Both the position numbers and the translations under genes were made by a program. Source: a virus. Taken from it: a DNA stretch of 64,000 nt. The DNA lies in IMG/VR virus record IMGVR_UViG_3300036390_000001, positions 10,116 through 74,115 of that record; one strand, 5' to 3'. Below the pieces are notes generated by a model. It had not been told where the DNA came from. It searched no databases and saw only the letters and a program-made list of their open reading frames with translations. The number at the start of each line of letters is the position of its first letter. Positions within the stretch are counted from its first letter, which is position 1. Below are positions 39,187 to 48,549 of this stretch, one piece after another.

Positions 39187-39522
39187 CTAATTTTGATTAT
39201 TAATACCTTCCCAGTCTTTGCAAAATATTCCAGGCGCGCCTTCTGGGTGTACCGCGCAGTTAATGCCGCATTGTCCGTGGTAAAATTTGCAACCAATACA
39301 GGCGCGCGGTTTTATCATTGAGCGCGGTGAGTCGAACTCTTCTATCAGTATTTCCAAGAGGGAGAAGCAGCCACCAACGATTAGGCAGGCGCCTCCAATA
39401 GACAGCGTGCTTACAGCGAGGTCGCGCTTAAAGTTGCTGTTTGGTAGTAGTAAGGAGATGGCGCCGATTATTGTAATTGCGGCGCCGAACCATGTCATTT
39501 TTGTAGTGGGTTCTTTGTACAT
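39187..39522 (-). CDS. Membrane protein with Cys-rich C-terminus (DUF6464-like)
   Basis: Two TM segments; C.GC..YHG..CAVHP.G...C.DW. Confidence 0.6.
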   Translation of the reverse strand: MYKEPTTKMTWFGAAITIIGAISLLLPNSNFKRDLAVSTLSIGGACLIVGGCFSLLEILIEEFDSPRSMIKPRACIGCKFYHGQCGINCAVHPEGAPGIFCKDWEGINNQN

Positions 39523-39563
39523 TGTTCTGTTTGTCCGGGGATGCGGGCACCGATGTTGTTAAC

Positions 39564-39785
39564 TCACTGATGCATTGCCCATTGTTGCGCTGCCCATTGT
39601 TTTGTTTTCTCGCTAGCATGAGCTAAAGCCTGCCACTGCTCAAGGGTAAATTCCTCTTCGCTGAATATCTTCCGCATCGTGTTGGCAATGTAGCCCGGAT
39701 GATTTTCATTGACGCGCGCCACTTCTTTCAAAACAGCGAGAGTTGTTTTAAAGTTCAGTTGCTCAAGCGCTACGATTTCACTCAT
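39564..39785 (-). CDS. Hypothetical protein
   Basis: AAGGA RBS. Confidence 0.55.
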   Translation of the reverse strand: MSEIVALEQLNFKTTLAVLKEVARVNENHPGYIANTMRKIFSEEEFTLEQWQALAHASEKTKQWAAQQWAMHQ

Positions 39786-39844
39786 ATTTTTCCTTGCGTT
39801 ACGTGGTGTTTATAACTTTGCTTGGGATACGGGGCGCCTTTGTT

Positions 39845-40135
39845 TTAAGCTGCCTCTTCACGCAGGCGCCGAATTTCCTCTTCTAGTCGCTCTTGAACTC
39901 GGCGCTCTATTATTTCATCTATTTTTTCTACTACATAGTCCGCGCGCGTGAAAGGCTTTGAAAGGAATGTATATTCTTGAAGAACATTTGTGCAATTTTC
40001 CATCAACAAGCTGTAATCGTGAAGCTCGCGCGCGACTTTGTCTAATATTAAATTGCCGCCTTCATCGCATACCAAGCGCTTCCACTCTTTTTCAAAAACT
40101 CCCATATAATCGCTCTCAGCATATTTATTTTGCAT
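39845..40135 (-). CDS. Hypothetical protein
   Basis: AAGGAG RBS. Confidence 0.6.
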   Translation of the reverse strand: MQNKYAESDYMGVFEKEWKRLVCDEGGNLILDKVARELHDYSLLMENCTNVLQEYTFLSKPFTRADYVVEKIDEIIERRVQERLEEEIRRLREEAA

Positions 40136-40481
40136 GATTAATTCTCCTTGTCCAACCTTGTTTTAATTTAGATAAATACTCTTGATTATTCGCGCTTTCA
40201 AGCACGGGATTATTAAAATCGTATTTCCAATTGCGCCTGTGATGGGCGCCTTCTTTGTGCCTGCGTGAATGATGCAATTTACACAGTGGGAAAATATGTA
40301 CTCCTGGTATTTCTCGCCCAGCTATGGCGCCGCGCTCATCAGAGTAAAGTGCGTGGTGCGCTTCGATTGCGGGAGAGTGGCAGCCAGGGTAACAGCATTT
40401 ATGGTTTGTAAGGCGCCTGCATTCCCTTGAAGTTTCGCTCCAGTTGGGCGCGTATCTTACACTGAAATCCCAAACTTTTTT
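40125..40481 (-). CDS. HNH endonuclease frame with no start codon (putative -1 frameshift extension of the ATPase)
   Basis: Hand translation RYAPNWSETSRECR...KCCYPGC...EAHH...FPLCKLHH; absent from the ORF track. Confidence 0.7.
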   Translation of the reverse strand, partial: KKVWDFSVRYAPNWSETSRECRRLTNHKCCYPGCHSPAIEAHHALYSDERGAIAGREIPGVHIFPLCKLHHSRRHKEGAHHRRNWKYDFNNPVLESANNQEYLSKLKQGWTRRINHAK

Positions 40482-41932
40482 AGTAGGTCTTTCCTGCCTC
40501 CTTGCTTTAGTGCGGTTATTATGGCGCCTTTAATTTGGTTAAAAATTTCGTCATCAGTAATATTTAAATCTTCTTTAATAAAATTATCGAGTGTTTTATT
40601 AGAGGCTTCCAACTTTGCTATTACTAGATTTGTTTGCTCATTAGTTCTTGATGTTAATTGCGCCCTTTCCTCGTCTGTAAGCGCATCGCTTTGTCCAGGT
40701 CGTTGTAAAAATTCGCGCTTATCTCTATTATAGCCAGAGTAATTTTCAAGCTCTGGGACTGGTATCCACTTATTTAATCCCCCATGAAACATGCATCTTT
40801 TTACGGGAGAGATGGCGCAAAGCTTGAGCATTTCGTTGGTGGATATTTTAGCATCTTGGGGTATTACATTTGCCTGAAGAATCAACTCTGTTTCGCTCAT
40901 TGATTCATCTTTAGCAATTAAGAAGGGAGTAAAAATTGCTTTATCCCCTCCGCTTAATTTAAGGCTATCACCGTGTCCATTTTGTGAAGCAAGGAATATT
41001 TTGATACCTGAACTATCTCCACTTGAACCATATCTTGATAATTTCCCAATCCACCATTGTATTGGCTTTGCTCCTAGTTCTTTATCCTTTGGTAACTCTG
41101 ACAAGCTAGAATTTAGTGCGGCTAATTCATTACATGCAAGGACTTTAAACCCAGTTCCCGCATCAAACTCATCATACTCTTTGATGACTTTTTTAAGCCA
41201 CTCAAAAACGTCTTTAGCGCTAGATTTGAATACTGCTTTGCGGTAGAGCTTGTCAATAACACCTTGAAAGTAACCAGTTTCTTTTGGTTCATCTTTACAG
41301 TCAAGCATGAAGATTGTTGCTTTGTCGCCATGCAATGCTTTAATGTCACGATACAAATGGGATAAGAAAAAATCTTTGCCGCTTCCAGGAACCCCATAAA
41401 CTATGATTCTGGGTGAATTTTTAGCCAAATCTTTTGTAAGGTCTGTTGGGAGTTCCTCCTTGAATTCTATTGACTCTGTATCAACAACGACTTCTAATTT
41501 ATTCGTTAATTGATTCGGCTGCTTGCTACCCTCAATTAGTTCCGGCGCCTCTACGTCCAAATAATCAAGCGCGGCATCGCTAAATTGATACTCTTCTTCT
41601 GCCGCATACTTTAATTCTTCTAGAATTGCCTCGCGCCCAACCTGTCGTGCATAGCTTCTAAAATCAGAGCCTTCCAGTACATGGGCGAGACAACCTTTGC
41701 GAACTGCCTCGAAATTATTCTCTTGGCTTCGCCCTTTCTCAAAAGCCGAAAACAGTACGTAACCAAGCACTAATGCACCAGTCAAGGGGTTGGACATAAC
41801 TCCAACCACAAGCGCGACTGCCGCGCCTCCAAAAAAATGCGCCTGTAGTCCGTTGTTGCCAACACGAGCTAAGGCGACTTGCTTCCATTCCTTTGGGTCT
41901 TTATATGTTTCCTCAACATTAAAGCTTGACAT
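40457..41932 (-). CDS. Membrane-anchored FtsK/HerA/TraD-like P-loop ATPase
   Basis: N-terminal TMs; GVPGSGKD Walker A; LDCK; LACNE Walker B variant; ASQ. Confidence 0.75.
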   Translation of the reverse strand: MSSFNVEETYKDPKEWKQVALARVGNNGLQAHFFGGAAVALVVGVMSNPLTGALVLGYVLFSAFEKGRSQENNFEAVRKGCLAHVLEGSDFRSYARQVGREAILEELKYAAEEEYQFSDAALDYLDVEAPELIEGSKQPNQLTNKLEVVVDTESIEFKEELPTDLTKDLAKNSPRIIVYGVPGSGKDFFLSHLYRDIKALHGDKATIFMLDCKDEPKETGYFQGVIDKLYRKAVFKSSAKDVFEWLKKVIKEYDEFDAGTGFKVLACNELAALNSSLSELPKDKELGAKPIQWWIGKLSRYGSSGDSSGIKIFLASQNGHGDSLKLSGGDKAIFTPFLIAKDESMSETELILQANVIPQDAKISTNEMLKLCAISPVKRCMFHGGLNKWIPVPELENYSGYNRDKREFLQRPGQSDALTDEERAQLTSRTNEQTNLVIAKLEASNKTLDNFIKEDLNITDDEIFNQIKGAIITALKQGGRKDLLKKFGISV

Positions 41933-42647
41933 TGCTAGAACCCTTCAAAAACTTGTATAACATCCAAACGCTAATCAGTACATGTACGACAATCTCTACA
42001 GCGAATAGCGTGCTGATTACTCCAAATAAATTTGCAGTGTTGATTCGGCGCCACTGCCCTAATAAAAGTAAACTTACTGCCTTATCCCAACTAACGCCAG
42101 GAATAAGTGGGTAATACCAACAACAGATAGCTAAATCGATTAAATAGGCGCCAATGCAATACAGCCACATCTGTCTCAAGAATCCATCAATAAAATTATT
42201 AAGGGTCTTCTTGGCTGATTTTATTGTTACCCCGTCGTTGTCTTTAATAGCTACATATCCATTGCTATCAGACGCGGAAACAACTGCCTCAAGAAATCCA
42301 TGATGGCGCCACAATACTCCAGGCAGGACTTCAACTATCTGAACAGGCAGCCAAATCATAAAGGCGCCTATCCACACAGTTGCATTGCCCAAAGTTCGGA
42401 AAAGGTTTCCAATTAGCGGCAACCACAGAACAAATGCCATGAAGCCATTCTTAACAAACTCGGCACCTGCGTTGTCGAGTAAAGCTTTGTATGGCGCGAT
42501 GTTCATTGCTGCGAACCAAACAAGCGCGGCGCCTGCACCCGCATAAAGGCAAAGGATAAAAATATCCAGTAGTCCAAAAGATTTACCGCGCTTGCGTTTA
42601 CTGCCAAATCCAGTTTGCATTATTGCTCCTTGATGGGTGTATTCCAA
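41919..42647 (-). CDS. Multi-pass membrane protein
   Basis: 4-5 hydrophobic helices; coupled to the ATPase gene. Confidence 0.7.
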   Translation of the reverse strand: MEYTHQGAIMQTGFGSKRKRGKSFGLLDIFILCLYAGAGAALVWFAAMNIAPYKALLDNAGAEFVKNGFMAFVLWLPLIGNLFRTLGNATVWIGAFMIWLPVQIVEVLPGVLWRHHGFLEAVVSASDSNGYVAIKDNDGVTIKSAKKTLNNFIDGFLRQMWLYCIGAYLIDLAICCWYYPLIPGVSWDKAVSLLLLGQWRRINTANLFGVISTLFAVEIVVHVLISVWMLYKFLKGSSNVKL

Positions 42648-43147
42648 TAAACGCGCGCTTTTGACCCAGCTATGCGCCGAATATTTTTATCAACTAATTC
42701 CTTTGAACCTCCCGCTGCAATATCCAGCGCCACAGGAGTTCCTTCTTGATTTTCTCTGAGTATTGCGGTTTCGCCGTTGGCACCTACTACACAAGTCCCT
42801 GCTACCAAGTACGATTTATTCGTGCGGTCACGAACTGGTGCCGCTTTTTGTAAAGGCACGAGGTTGAAGTAAGTAAACTCACCAACCTTCTTGGAGTTGG
42901 GGTCAACCACTGGAATACAACCGCGCGATAGTCGAGCATCTGCTATTTTTGCTTGCTCGGCAAGGTTATCTTCGCTCATCTCCAACATAGTTTGGTAATT
43001 GGCTTGCCTCTCTAGCTCAATACGCATGTTCTCCATATTGGTCATGTTCCGCGCAATACCTTTGTGGTTAAGTGCAAGCGAACCAACAATTAAGGTGCCG
43101 AATATTATCCTTGACTTATTGCGGCGCCAAAATCTATTCCTCATCAC
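42620..43147 (-). CDS. Single-TM protein with soluble Cys-containing domain
   Basis: N-terminal TM and coiled-coil; R..RGC, GTCVVG..G.TA. Confidence 0.65.
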   Translation of the reverse strand: MMRNRFWRRNKSRIIFGTLIVGSLALNHKGIARNMTNMENMRIELERQANYQTMLEMSEDNLAEQAKIADARLSRGCIPVVDPNSKKVGEFTYFNLVPLQKAAPVRDRTNKSYLVAGTCVVGANGETAILRENQEGTPVALDIAAGGSKELVDKNIRRIAGSKARVYWNTPIKEQ

Positions 43148-43800
43148 TACCTCCCGCTGTACTTTTGTACCAAAGCCTTTACCAACCCCTTTGAGTCTTT
43201 CGCGGTAACAGGCGCCTTACTCAATTCCTTACCCGCTGACACTTCTGCTAAAAATGCAGTTGGGTCGAAGTCTGTAATTTCTTCTTGATATGCCTTGGCG
43301 TGGTTAGCCGTTTTAAAATCATCAATACCGTACTCTGTGAGAATTTTATTTAAGGCGCCGTGGTCATTAAGTAACCTAAATAGCGCCTCTGATTGCTGAG
43401 TGTTTAACCCTGCTTGCTGCCGAAGGTAATCAAATTCCAACTGCGCGCGCGTCTTCTCTGTGGCCGCTACTTCCAATTGATGAAGCGCAACGCCTCTGGT
43501 TATGCCGCGCTCTAAAAATACTTGTACTATGTTTTCGACGGCGCCGGGGTTCACAGTAATTCCTCTTTCTTCTGCGATGTCAACTGCTAATGATGAGGTT
43601 AGCGCGCGCTGTTTATCAAACGCTTCTACCACCACCTCGAACACACTTTCTAATTGCTCGGTTATATGGTCGCTAAATTCGGCGCCTTGCGGGTTTACCG
43701 TTGTGTCATATTTAGCCAACTCGGTGAGCGCTTTTTCTACAGTTGGCGCCTCGTATCTATCCGCAAAATATTCAAATAACTCTTGGCGTGTAAAGCTCAT
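43147..43800 (-). CDS. Hypothetical helical protein
   Basis: GGGGG RBS; operonic. Confidence 0.65.
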   Translation of the reverse strand: MSFTRQELFEYFADRYEAPTVEKALTELAKYDTTVNPQGAEFSDHITEQLESVFEVVVEAFDKQRALTSSLAVDIAEERGITVNPGAVENIVQVFLERGITRGVALHQLEVAATEKTRAQLEFDYLRQQAGLNTQQSEALFRLLNDHGALNKILTEYGIDDFKTANHAKAYQEEITDFDPTAFLAEVSAGKELSKAPVTAKDSKGLVKALVQKYSGR

Positions 43801-43902
43801 TTGTCCCCCTGACTTGTGCTTGTGTCATCGATTGGCGCCTGTCCCGCTAACTGTTGAATTGCAAGTAGGAATTCTTCGTCGGTCATGTCCTGTTGTTGTT
43901 GG

Positions 43903-44268
43903 TTATTCTGATTGCTCATGGGCGTTAATCCAGTTGTTGAATTTTTCTCTCGTTAGGTTCGGCGCCTGTTTCTTTAACCAGTCCTTTGTCTCTTGGTTGT
44001 CGCGCTTCTTACCATCACACCACCCCTTCTTTAGCGCGTGAATAATCGCCAAGATAAAACGTTGATAATTGTCAAGAAACTTTGATTTTTGGTACTCCTT
44101 GAGAATTGGGAACACGAGACGAATAATCCCTGACTCCCATCTCCAGATTGAAGTGCGGTCACGACCAAGAACTAATGCCCATTCTTCGCGCGATTGGTAA
44201 AAATCCTTGAAATAGGCGCCGAGACTGCTTTTTGATTCCAATATTTCTAATATTTTTTCATGCTGCAT
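43903..44268 (-). CDS. HTH-like DNA-binding protein
   Basis: SREEWALVLGRDRTSIWRWE. Confidence 0.6.
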   Translation of the reverse strand: MQHEKILEILESKSSLGAYFKDFYQSREEWALVLGRDRTSIWRWESGIIRLVFPILKEYQKSKFLDNYQRFILAIIHALKKGWCDGKKRDNQETKDWLKKQAPNLTREKFNNWINAHEQSE

Positions 44269-44395
44269 TTTTGCTCTACTAGTGTGGAAGTTAATTACAG
44301 TGCGCTTGAATCATGTTGCTGTCGCGTTGCAATACATTGATATTAGAAAACCTCCCACTGGGAGGCTATTAACTCTGTTAATTACTTTGGAGATG

Positions 44396-44611
44396 CTATT
44401 GGTTTGATGCGGGCGGTTCTAAACCTTGCGAGCGGATAAAGTCAAGTAGCTGTACAGTTCGGCAAACAATAGGCGAGGGCTGGCGCCTGTTCTTAGTCGA
44501 TAACAAGTACATCCTATAACCCGTCTCGGTAATGCCAATTTCTACAGAAGCAGCAGTGATAGAGAGATTGTATTTGCTGCGATACTGTTCAATATCGTCG
44601 ATTTGGTTCAT
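44396..44611 (-). CDS. XRE-like HTH protein
   Basis: YR..YNLS...ASVEIGI...Y..Y...R.PS. Confidence 0.6.
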   Translation of the reverse strand: MNQIDDIEQYRSKYNLSITAASVEIGITETGYRMYLLSTKNRRQPSPIVCRTVQLLDFIRSQGLEPPASNQ

Positions 44612-44751
44612 GATGGTAACGTCCTCTAGTAGTGACGGCTACTGGCTGGAAAGTCCCCAATGTTCACAGCATTGGGGGCGCCTCAATTAAGACTGATATA
44701 TTAACCAGACTTACTAAACAATGCTACCATGAGGTTACAGACCAGTAGCAA

Positions 44752-45066
44752 GTGCAGATGTGGAATCTTGATAAATTAATTGAATCCCTGAAGTTTAGGG
44801 ACGCGCTGGACAAAATCATTGATAAGCGTCCTGGTGTTTCCCGTCTGCCGGCACAGCTATACTTACGACTTATTGTCGCGTCAATTGCTACCAACAAAGA
44901 CATTAGTGGAGTCATCTCAACCGCGCTAGAGACTTATGCTATGCGAAATGAGCAAAAGCATTTTGACGAAATAAAGATAAAAGCTGCCGCCGCAGGAATG
45001 GAGTTAGAAGAGTTCTTGGCAGAAGAAGTTGTGCGGCGCATTAAAAAGGGCACCGACACGGATTAA
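44752..45066 (+). CDS. Hypothetical regulator
   Basis: Divergent from the XRE-like gene. Confidence 0.5.
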   Translation: MQMWNLDKLIESLKFRDALDKIIDKRPGVSRLPAQLYLRLIVASIATNKDISGVISTALETYAMRNEQKHFDEIKIKAAAAGMELEEFLAEEVVRRIKKGTDTD

Positions 45067-45178
45067 CCGATTCTCCTAGCTAATAGATAACGCACCTCTC
45101 TTAGAAAACAGAGGGGTGCGCGGTTGATTTAATGATTAATTTGATTTTAGTTCATGGCTATCTTGCACAGCCGTAAAG

Positions 45179-45898
45179 TTGTTTGATCTGTTTTTGAAAT
45201 TACACTCAACGCTTATGCTATTCAGAGTATCAGAGTTAACAATACACCAAATTGATCAAAATAAAGCTGGATATGTCTACATGTTAGAAGCCCAAGGAAC
45301 CAAAAGGCTCAAAATAGGGCGCTCTAGGAATCCGCTAGAAAGGAACCAGCGAATAAACTGTCAATCCCCGTATCCATTAAAAATTGTTGACTCCTTTTGG
45401 ACTCCAGACTCTGCCGCAGACGAAAAGTATATACATGAAAAGTTAAGTAAATATAGGGTTTATGGTGAGTACTTTGAATTTGATAGAACTTTGGAGGATT
45501 TAGACGCTGATATTGAACTGTACAAAATCAGAAAATCCAAGCATGACCAAATAGGCTATCTTGAGTTTTTGATTAATTTTGTGTCTATTGATTGGTATAT
45601 CGGTGCATCCCATACACTTACTTTTTTACATTTGTACGCAAGGCAGTTCTTGTCAGACGAGTATTGTAAGTATGGCGAAATGTCTTGCAAGGAAGATTGG
45701 GATATATCATCTATATACAAAAATGCCAAAAGCATAAGTGAGCTAAAGAAAGCTCATAAGTTTATATACGAGATATTACCAAAATACATGGAATCACAAT
45801 GTCCATACACTTGCGACAATAAAACTCGTAAGCTTCTTATTCAGTCGCTGATTTTTGGTTACATAGAGAAACTGTGCCTAGACGTGACACAAGGATAG
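45179..45898 (+). CDS. T5orf172/MUG113 domain protein (paralogue of 28050-28715)
   Basis: GYVYML...KIGRS.NP..R...QSPYPL..D.FWTPD...DEK..H. Confidence 0.85.
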   Translation: MFDLFLKLHSTLMLFRVSELTIHQIDQNKAGYVYMLEAQGTKRLKIGRSRNPLERNQRINCQSPYPLKIVDSFWTPDSAADEKYIHEKLSKYRVYGEYFEFDRTLEDLDADIELYKIRKSKHDQIGYLEFLINFVSIDWYIGASHTLTFLHLYARQFLSDEYCKYGEMSCKEDWDISSIYKNAKSISELKKAHKFIYEILPKYMESQCPYTCDNKTRKLLIQSLIFGYIEKLCLDVTQG

Positions 45899-46020
45899 AT
45901 GTTAGTGGAAGCTTAGAACCGTGCCATATTCATTCCAAGGTTAACCAAGTGGTTAAGGTTAAATTGCCGGAATCCCGGTGATAAGATTATTCAAAGATTG
46001 GTACGGCGCCTCAAAAGCTT

Positions 46021-46254
46021 ATGAGTAAAAACATTAACTCCATAGAAGTACACGTAGAATATTTGTTCCACTACAAATGCGGCGCCTGCAATCAGTGGTG
46101 GACGATAGCCGACAAGCTGATAAAACTAGGCGTAGCTTGCCCAGATTGTAAAACGTTGCAAAATGTTGATAAAGTGATTGCCCATGCGGAGGCGCCTGTT
46201 GTTGATGAAATTGAGGGGGTAAGCAATGAAATTGCAGATAGGAAGCAAAGTTAG
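46021..46254 (+). CDS. Zn-ribbon protein
   Basis: CGAC...CPDC. Confidence 0.55.
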   Translation: MSKNINSIEVHVEYLFHYKCGACNQWWTIADKLIKLGVACPDCKTLQNVDKVIAHAEAPVVDEIEGVSNEIADRKQS

Positions 46255-46471
46255 GTTTTGTACACATTCTCGCGCACCCAGAGAAGCGCTGATTATTGGG
46301 GAAGTTGATGATGGGCGGGAAGCCCCAAAGTGGATAGTGAATTGCGACAATAAAGACGTAATAGGCGCTGTTTTCTATAAAGAGTCAGAAGATAACAAAC
46401 ATTATAACTTTGGAAATAGAGCTTTTTGGATTGAGGGTAATGAGTGAAATTGTATTAGAAGGCTTATACAG

Positions 46472-46696
46472 CTATCCTAAGTCCGGCGCCACTTCAGGAG
46501 ACAATAATTTGTTCTCGATTGCCACTTTCCATAGCTTCTTAATAGCGCCTGTTAAAATTGGTTGAAGCTCGTCGGAATTTCTACAAAACTGATATACGCC
46601 CTCTAAGTTTATGTTGTCAATTGCAAATAGCAACTCTTGTAGTTCGTCTCCCGTTAGCTCTATTTTGTACATCTGATTTTCTGGCGTTGTGGACAT
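46472..46696 (-). CDS. Hypothetical protein
   Basis: ORF with plausible composition. Confidence 0.45.
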   Translation of the reverse strand: MSTTPENQMYKIELTGDELQELLFAIDNINLEGVYQFCRNSDELQPILTGAIKKLWKVAIENKLLSPEVAPDLG

Positions 46697-46766
46697 GGCA
46701 AATACAATACTCGGAGTCAGGGCTTGTACAATTTTAGCGGCGCCACCTTACCTTCGTATCAGAAGG

Positions 46767-47030
46767 TTAGTAATTAGAACATGTATACCTACATACTCTA
46801 AATCCGGCGCCGATTGGCTCAACATAAATAGTGACGCGCTCGAAGAAAGTAATCCCGGCGCCTCTAAATTCAACCTGCCAGCAGTTAGCAGATTCGTTCC
46901 AGGTCGTACTGATTAAGTCAAGGGCGCCTGCGTCGAATTCTTCTATCTTCAGTTTTGCGATTGTTTCAACTGTGGTCAGGTTGGTTTCGATTGGTGTTTG
47001 CAGCATATTGGAAAATCGCCACCTACTCAT
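46767..47030 (-). CDS. Hypothetical protein
   Basis: ORF with plausible composition. Confidence 0.45.
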   Translation of the reverse strand: MSRWRFSNMLQTPIETNLTTVETIAKLKIEEFDAGALDLISTTWNESANCWQVEFRGAGITFFERVTIYVEPIGAGFRVCRYTCSNY

Positions 47031-47139
47031 AAGTAGCGATTAGGTATTAAGTATCAGTTATTTCAGGTATTAATATACACCATTTATTTGGCGGCGCCAG
47101 TTAATAGCTTTATCTGCACGACCTTCTTATCCGAAGGCG

Positions 47140-47748
47140 ATGAACCACCCCACCGCACAGGCGGATAGGGTTTCTTGTTTACTGTCTGGGTTCAGTCAGA
47201 CCTAATAGTCGTACTATCAGACAAGCTAACAGTCGTACCTTTACGTGAATCAAGTCGTCAACATTGTACAGTATCCGTTTCCGGGTTGTTGCTGCTTGTA
47301 CCGCCTTGGGACTACTTGAATCGGGGTGGTTTTGCATTCCACTCTCAACGGGGCAATTACCGTCTCAAAACTTTCATTCTGTACGCATACACTAATGTTG
47401 ACGTATATCCTTGAAGATTTTACGTACCAAAGGAAACAGCTTTTTGCTGTATTTCTTGGTACAACGCCATATCTTCAGTTTTCAAGGTTCAGATGTTAGT
47501 ATTGTATCACTTGATGCGGTACAGTACAATGGCGAAACCAAGCATTTTTATTACATTCCGTGTAGTTGAGGAGGAGAAAGAAATCTTGAAAAAGTACTGT
47601 GAGCAAACGGGGCGACAACAAAGTGATGTGCTTAGAGAGTTTATTCGTTCACTTGAAAAGAAGTTACAAAAGTAAGAGGCATTGAACCTCTGACTTTTGT
47701 GTGCTATCCATCCCCACCGTATGACGGATGGGGAATTCCGCAAGTCAG
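47140..47748 (-). mobile_element. Non-autonomous IS200/IS605-like element (RHH gene plus structured non-coding region; no tnpA/tnpB)
   Basis: Related subterminal hairpins CCC(T)ATCCG...CGGTGGGG at both ends; right end ...GGTTCA; divergent RHH gene. Confidence 0.65.
47529..47675 (+). CDS. CopG/RHH protein of the element
   Basis: ITFRV..EEKEILKKYCEQTGRQQSDVLREFIRSL. Confidence 0.8.
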   Translation: MAKPSIFITFRVVEEEKEILKKYCEQTGRQQSDVLREFIRSLEKKLQK

Positions 47749-47859
47749 TTAAAAAATAAAAACGCTGCTATAGGTGAACAGCGCTCTTTTTTCATCAGGG
47801 TGCATCTATCCAGTTGATTATAAGCGCGCTTTTTCAAAATGCCAACTCGCGTCATGTGC

Positions 47860-48462
47860 CTAAGCAGCAAGCAAATTGCCTTTATCAAGTAGAGTCAAAA
47901 CCTTCCCTTTTCTGATGCGTCCTTGGCTTTCAAGTAATTGGAATGAGCGCGTAACTGTAACGCGCGTTGCGCCAATACAAGAAGCGTACAAATCGTGAGG
48001 GGCTTTAGTAATTTCAATGCCTTCGCTGGTTACTTTGCCAATTTTTCGAGCTAAATATGTCAGCAAATTAAATAATCGCTCTTCAACTCTTGTGCCAGTT
48101 ATGCACGTAGCAAAATCAAGTGTGTCGCTAACTTGAAGTATAGGCACTGAATCAAACGAGGCGCTTTTTAACCTCACGTTATCCAGGCAAAGTAACTCAA
48201 ACTCCATGCTCGCAATAGATTTTGAAATAAAATCACCTTTGCTTAAAAAGCCGATGCATTTAAACGAATCTTTGTAGGGCGCCTCAATAGCTAAGGTGCC
48301 TTCAGTTACTTGCCAACTGCGTACTTGATGATATTGAATTAAATCTCTCTTCCGAAAACAGATTTCTAGCATAGCCATCACGGAGACACGTGAAATAAAG
48401 ATATGCGCTCTATGTAAATGTGTCGAGCGTATATTTACCGACGTACTAAAAAAAACGTACAT
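47860..48462 (-). CDS. Crp/Fnr-family regulator with NtcA-like HTH
   Basis: EERLFNLL.YLA..G...H...A..IGATRVTVTR...L...G.I; true start probably further downstream. Confidence 0.85.
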   Translation of the reverse strand: MYVFFSTSVNIRSTHLHRAHIFISRVSVMAMLEICFRKRDLIQYHQVRSWQVTEGTLAIEAPYKDSFKCIGFLSKGDFISKSIASMEFELLCLDNVRLKSASFDSVPILQVSDTLDFATCITGTRVEERLFNLLTYLARKIGKVTSEGIEITKAPHDLYASCIGATRVTVTRSFQLLESQGRIRKGKVLTLLDKGNLLAA

Positions 48463-48549
48463 AACCAGTCTCGCGTTAGGTACGTTTGGCGCGCGAAGCT
48501 CGCCGGGTGGAAGATTCCGTCCGGCAGACTTCGCCTCAATCCGAAGCTA

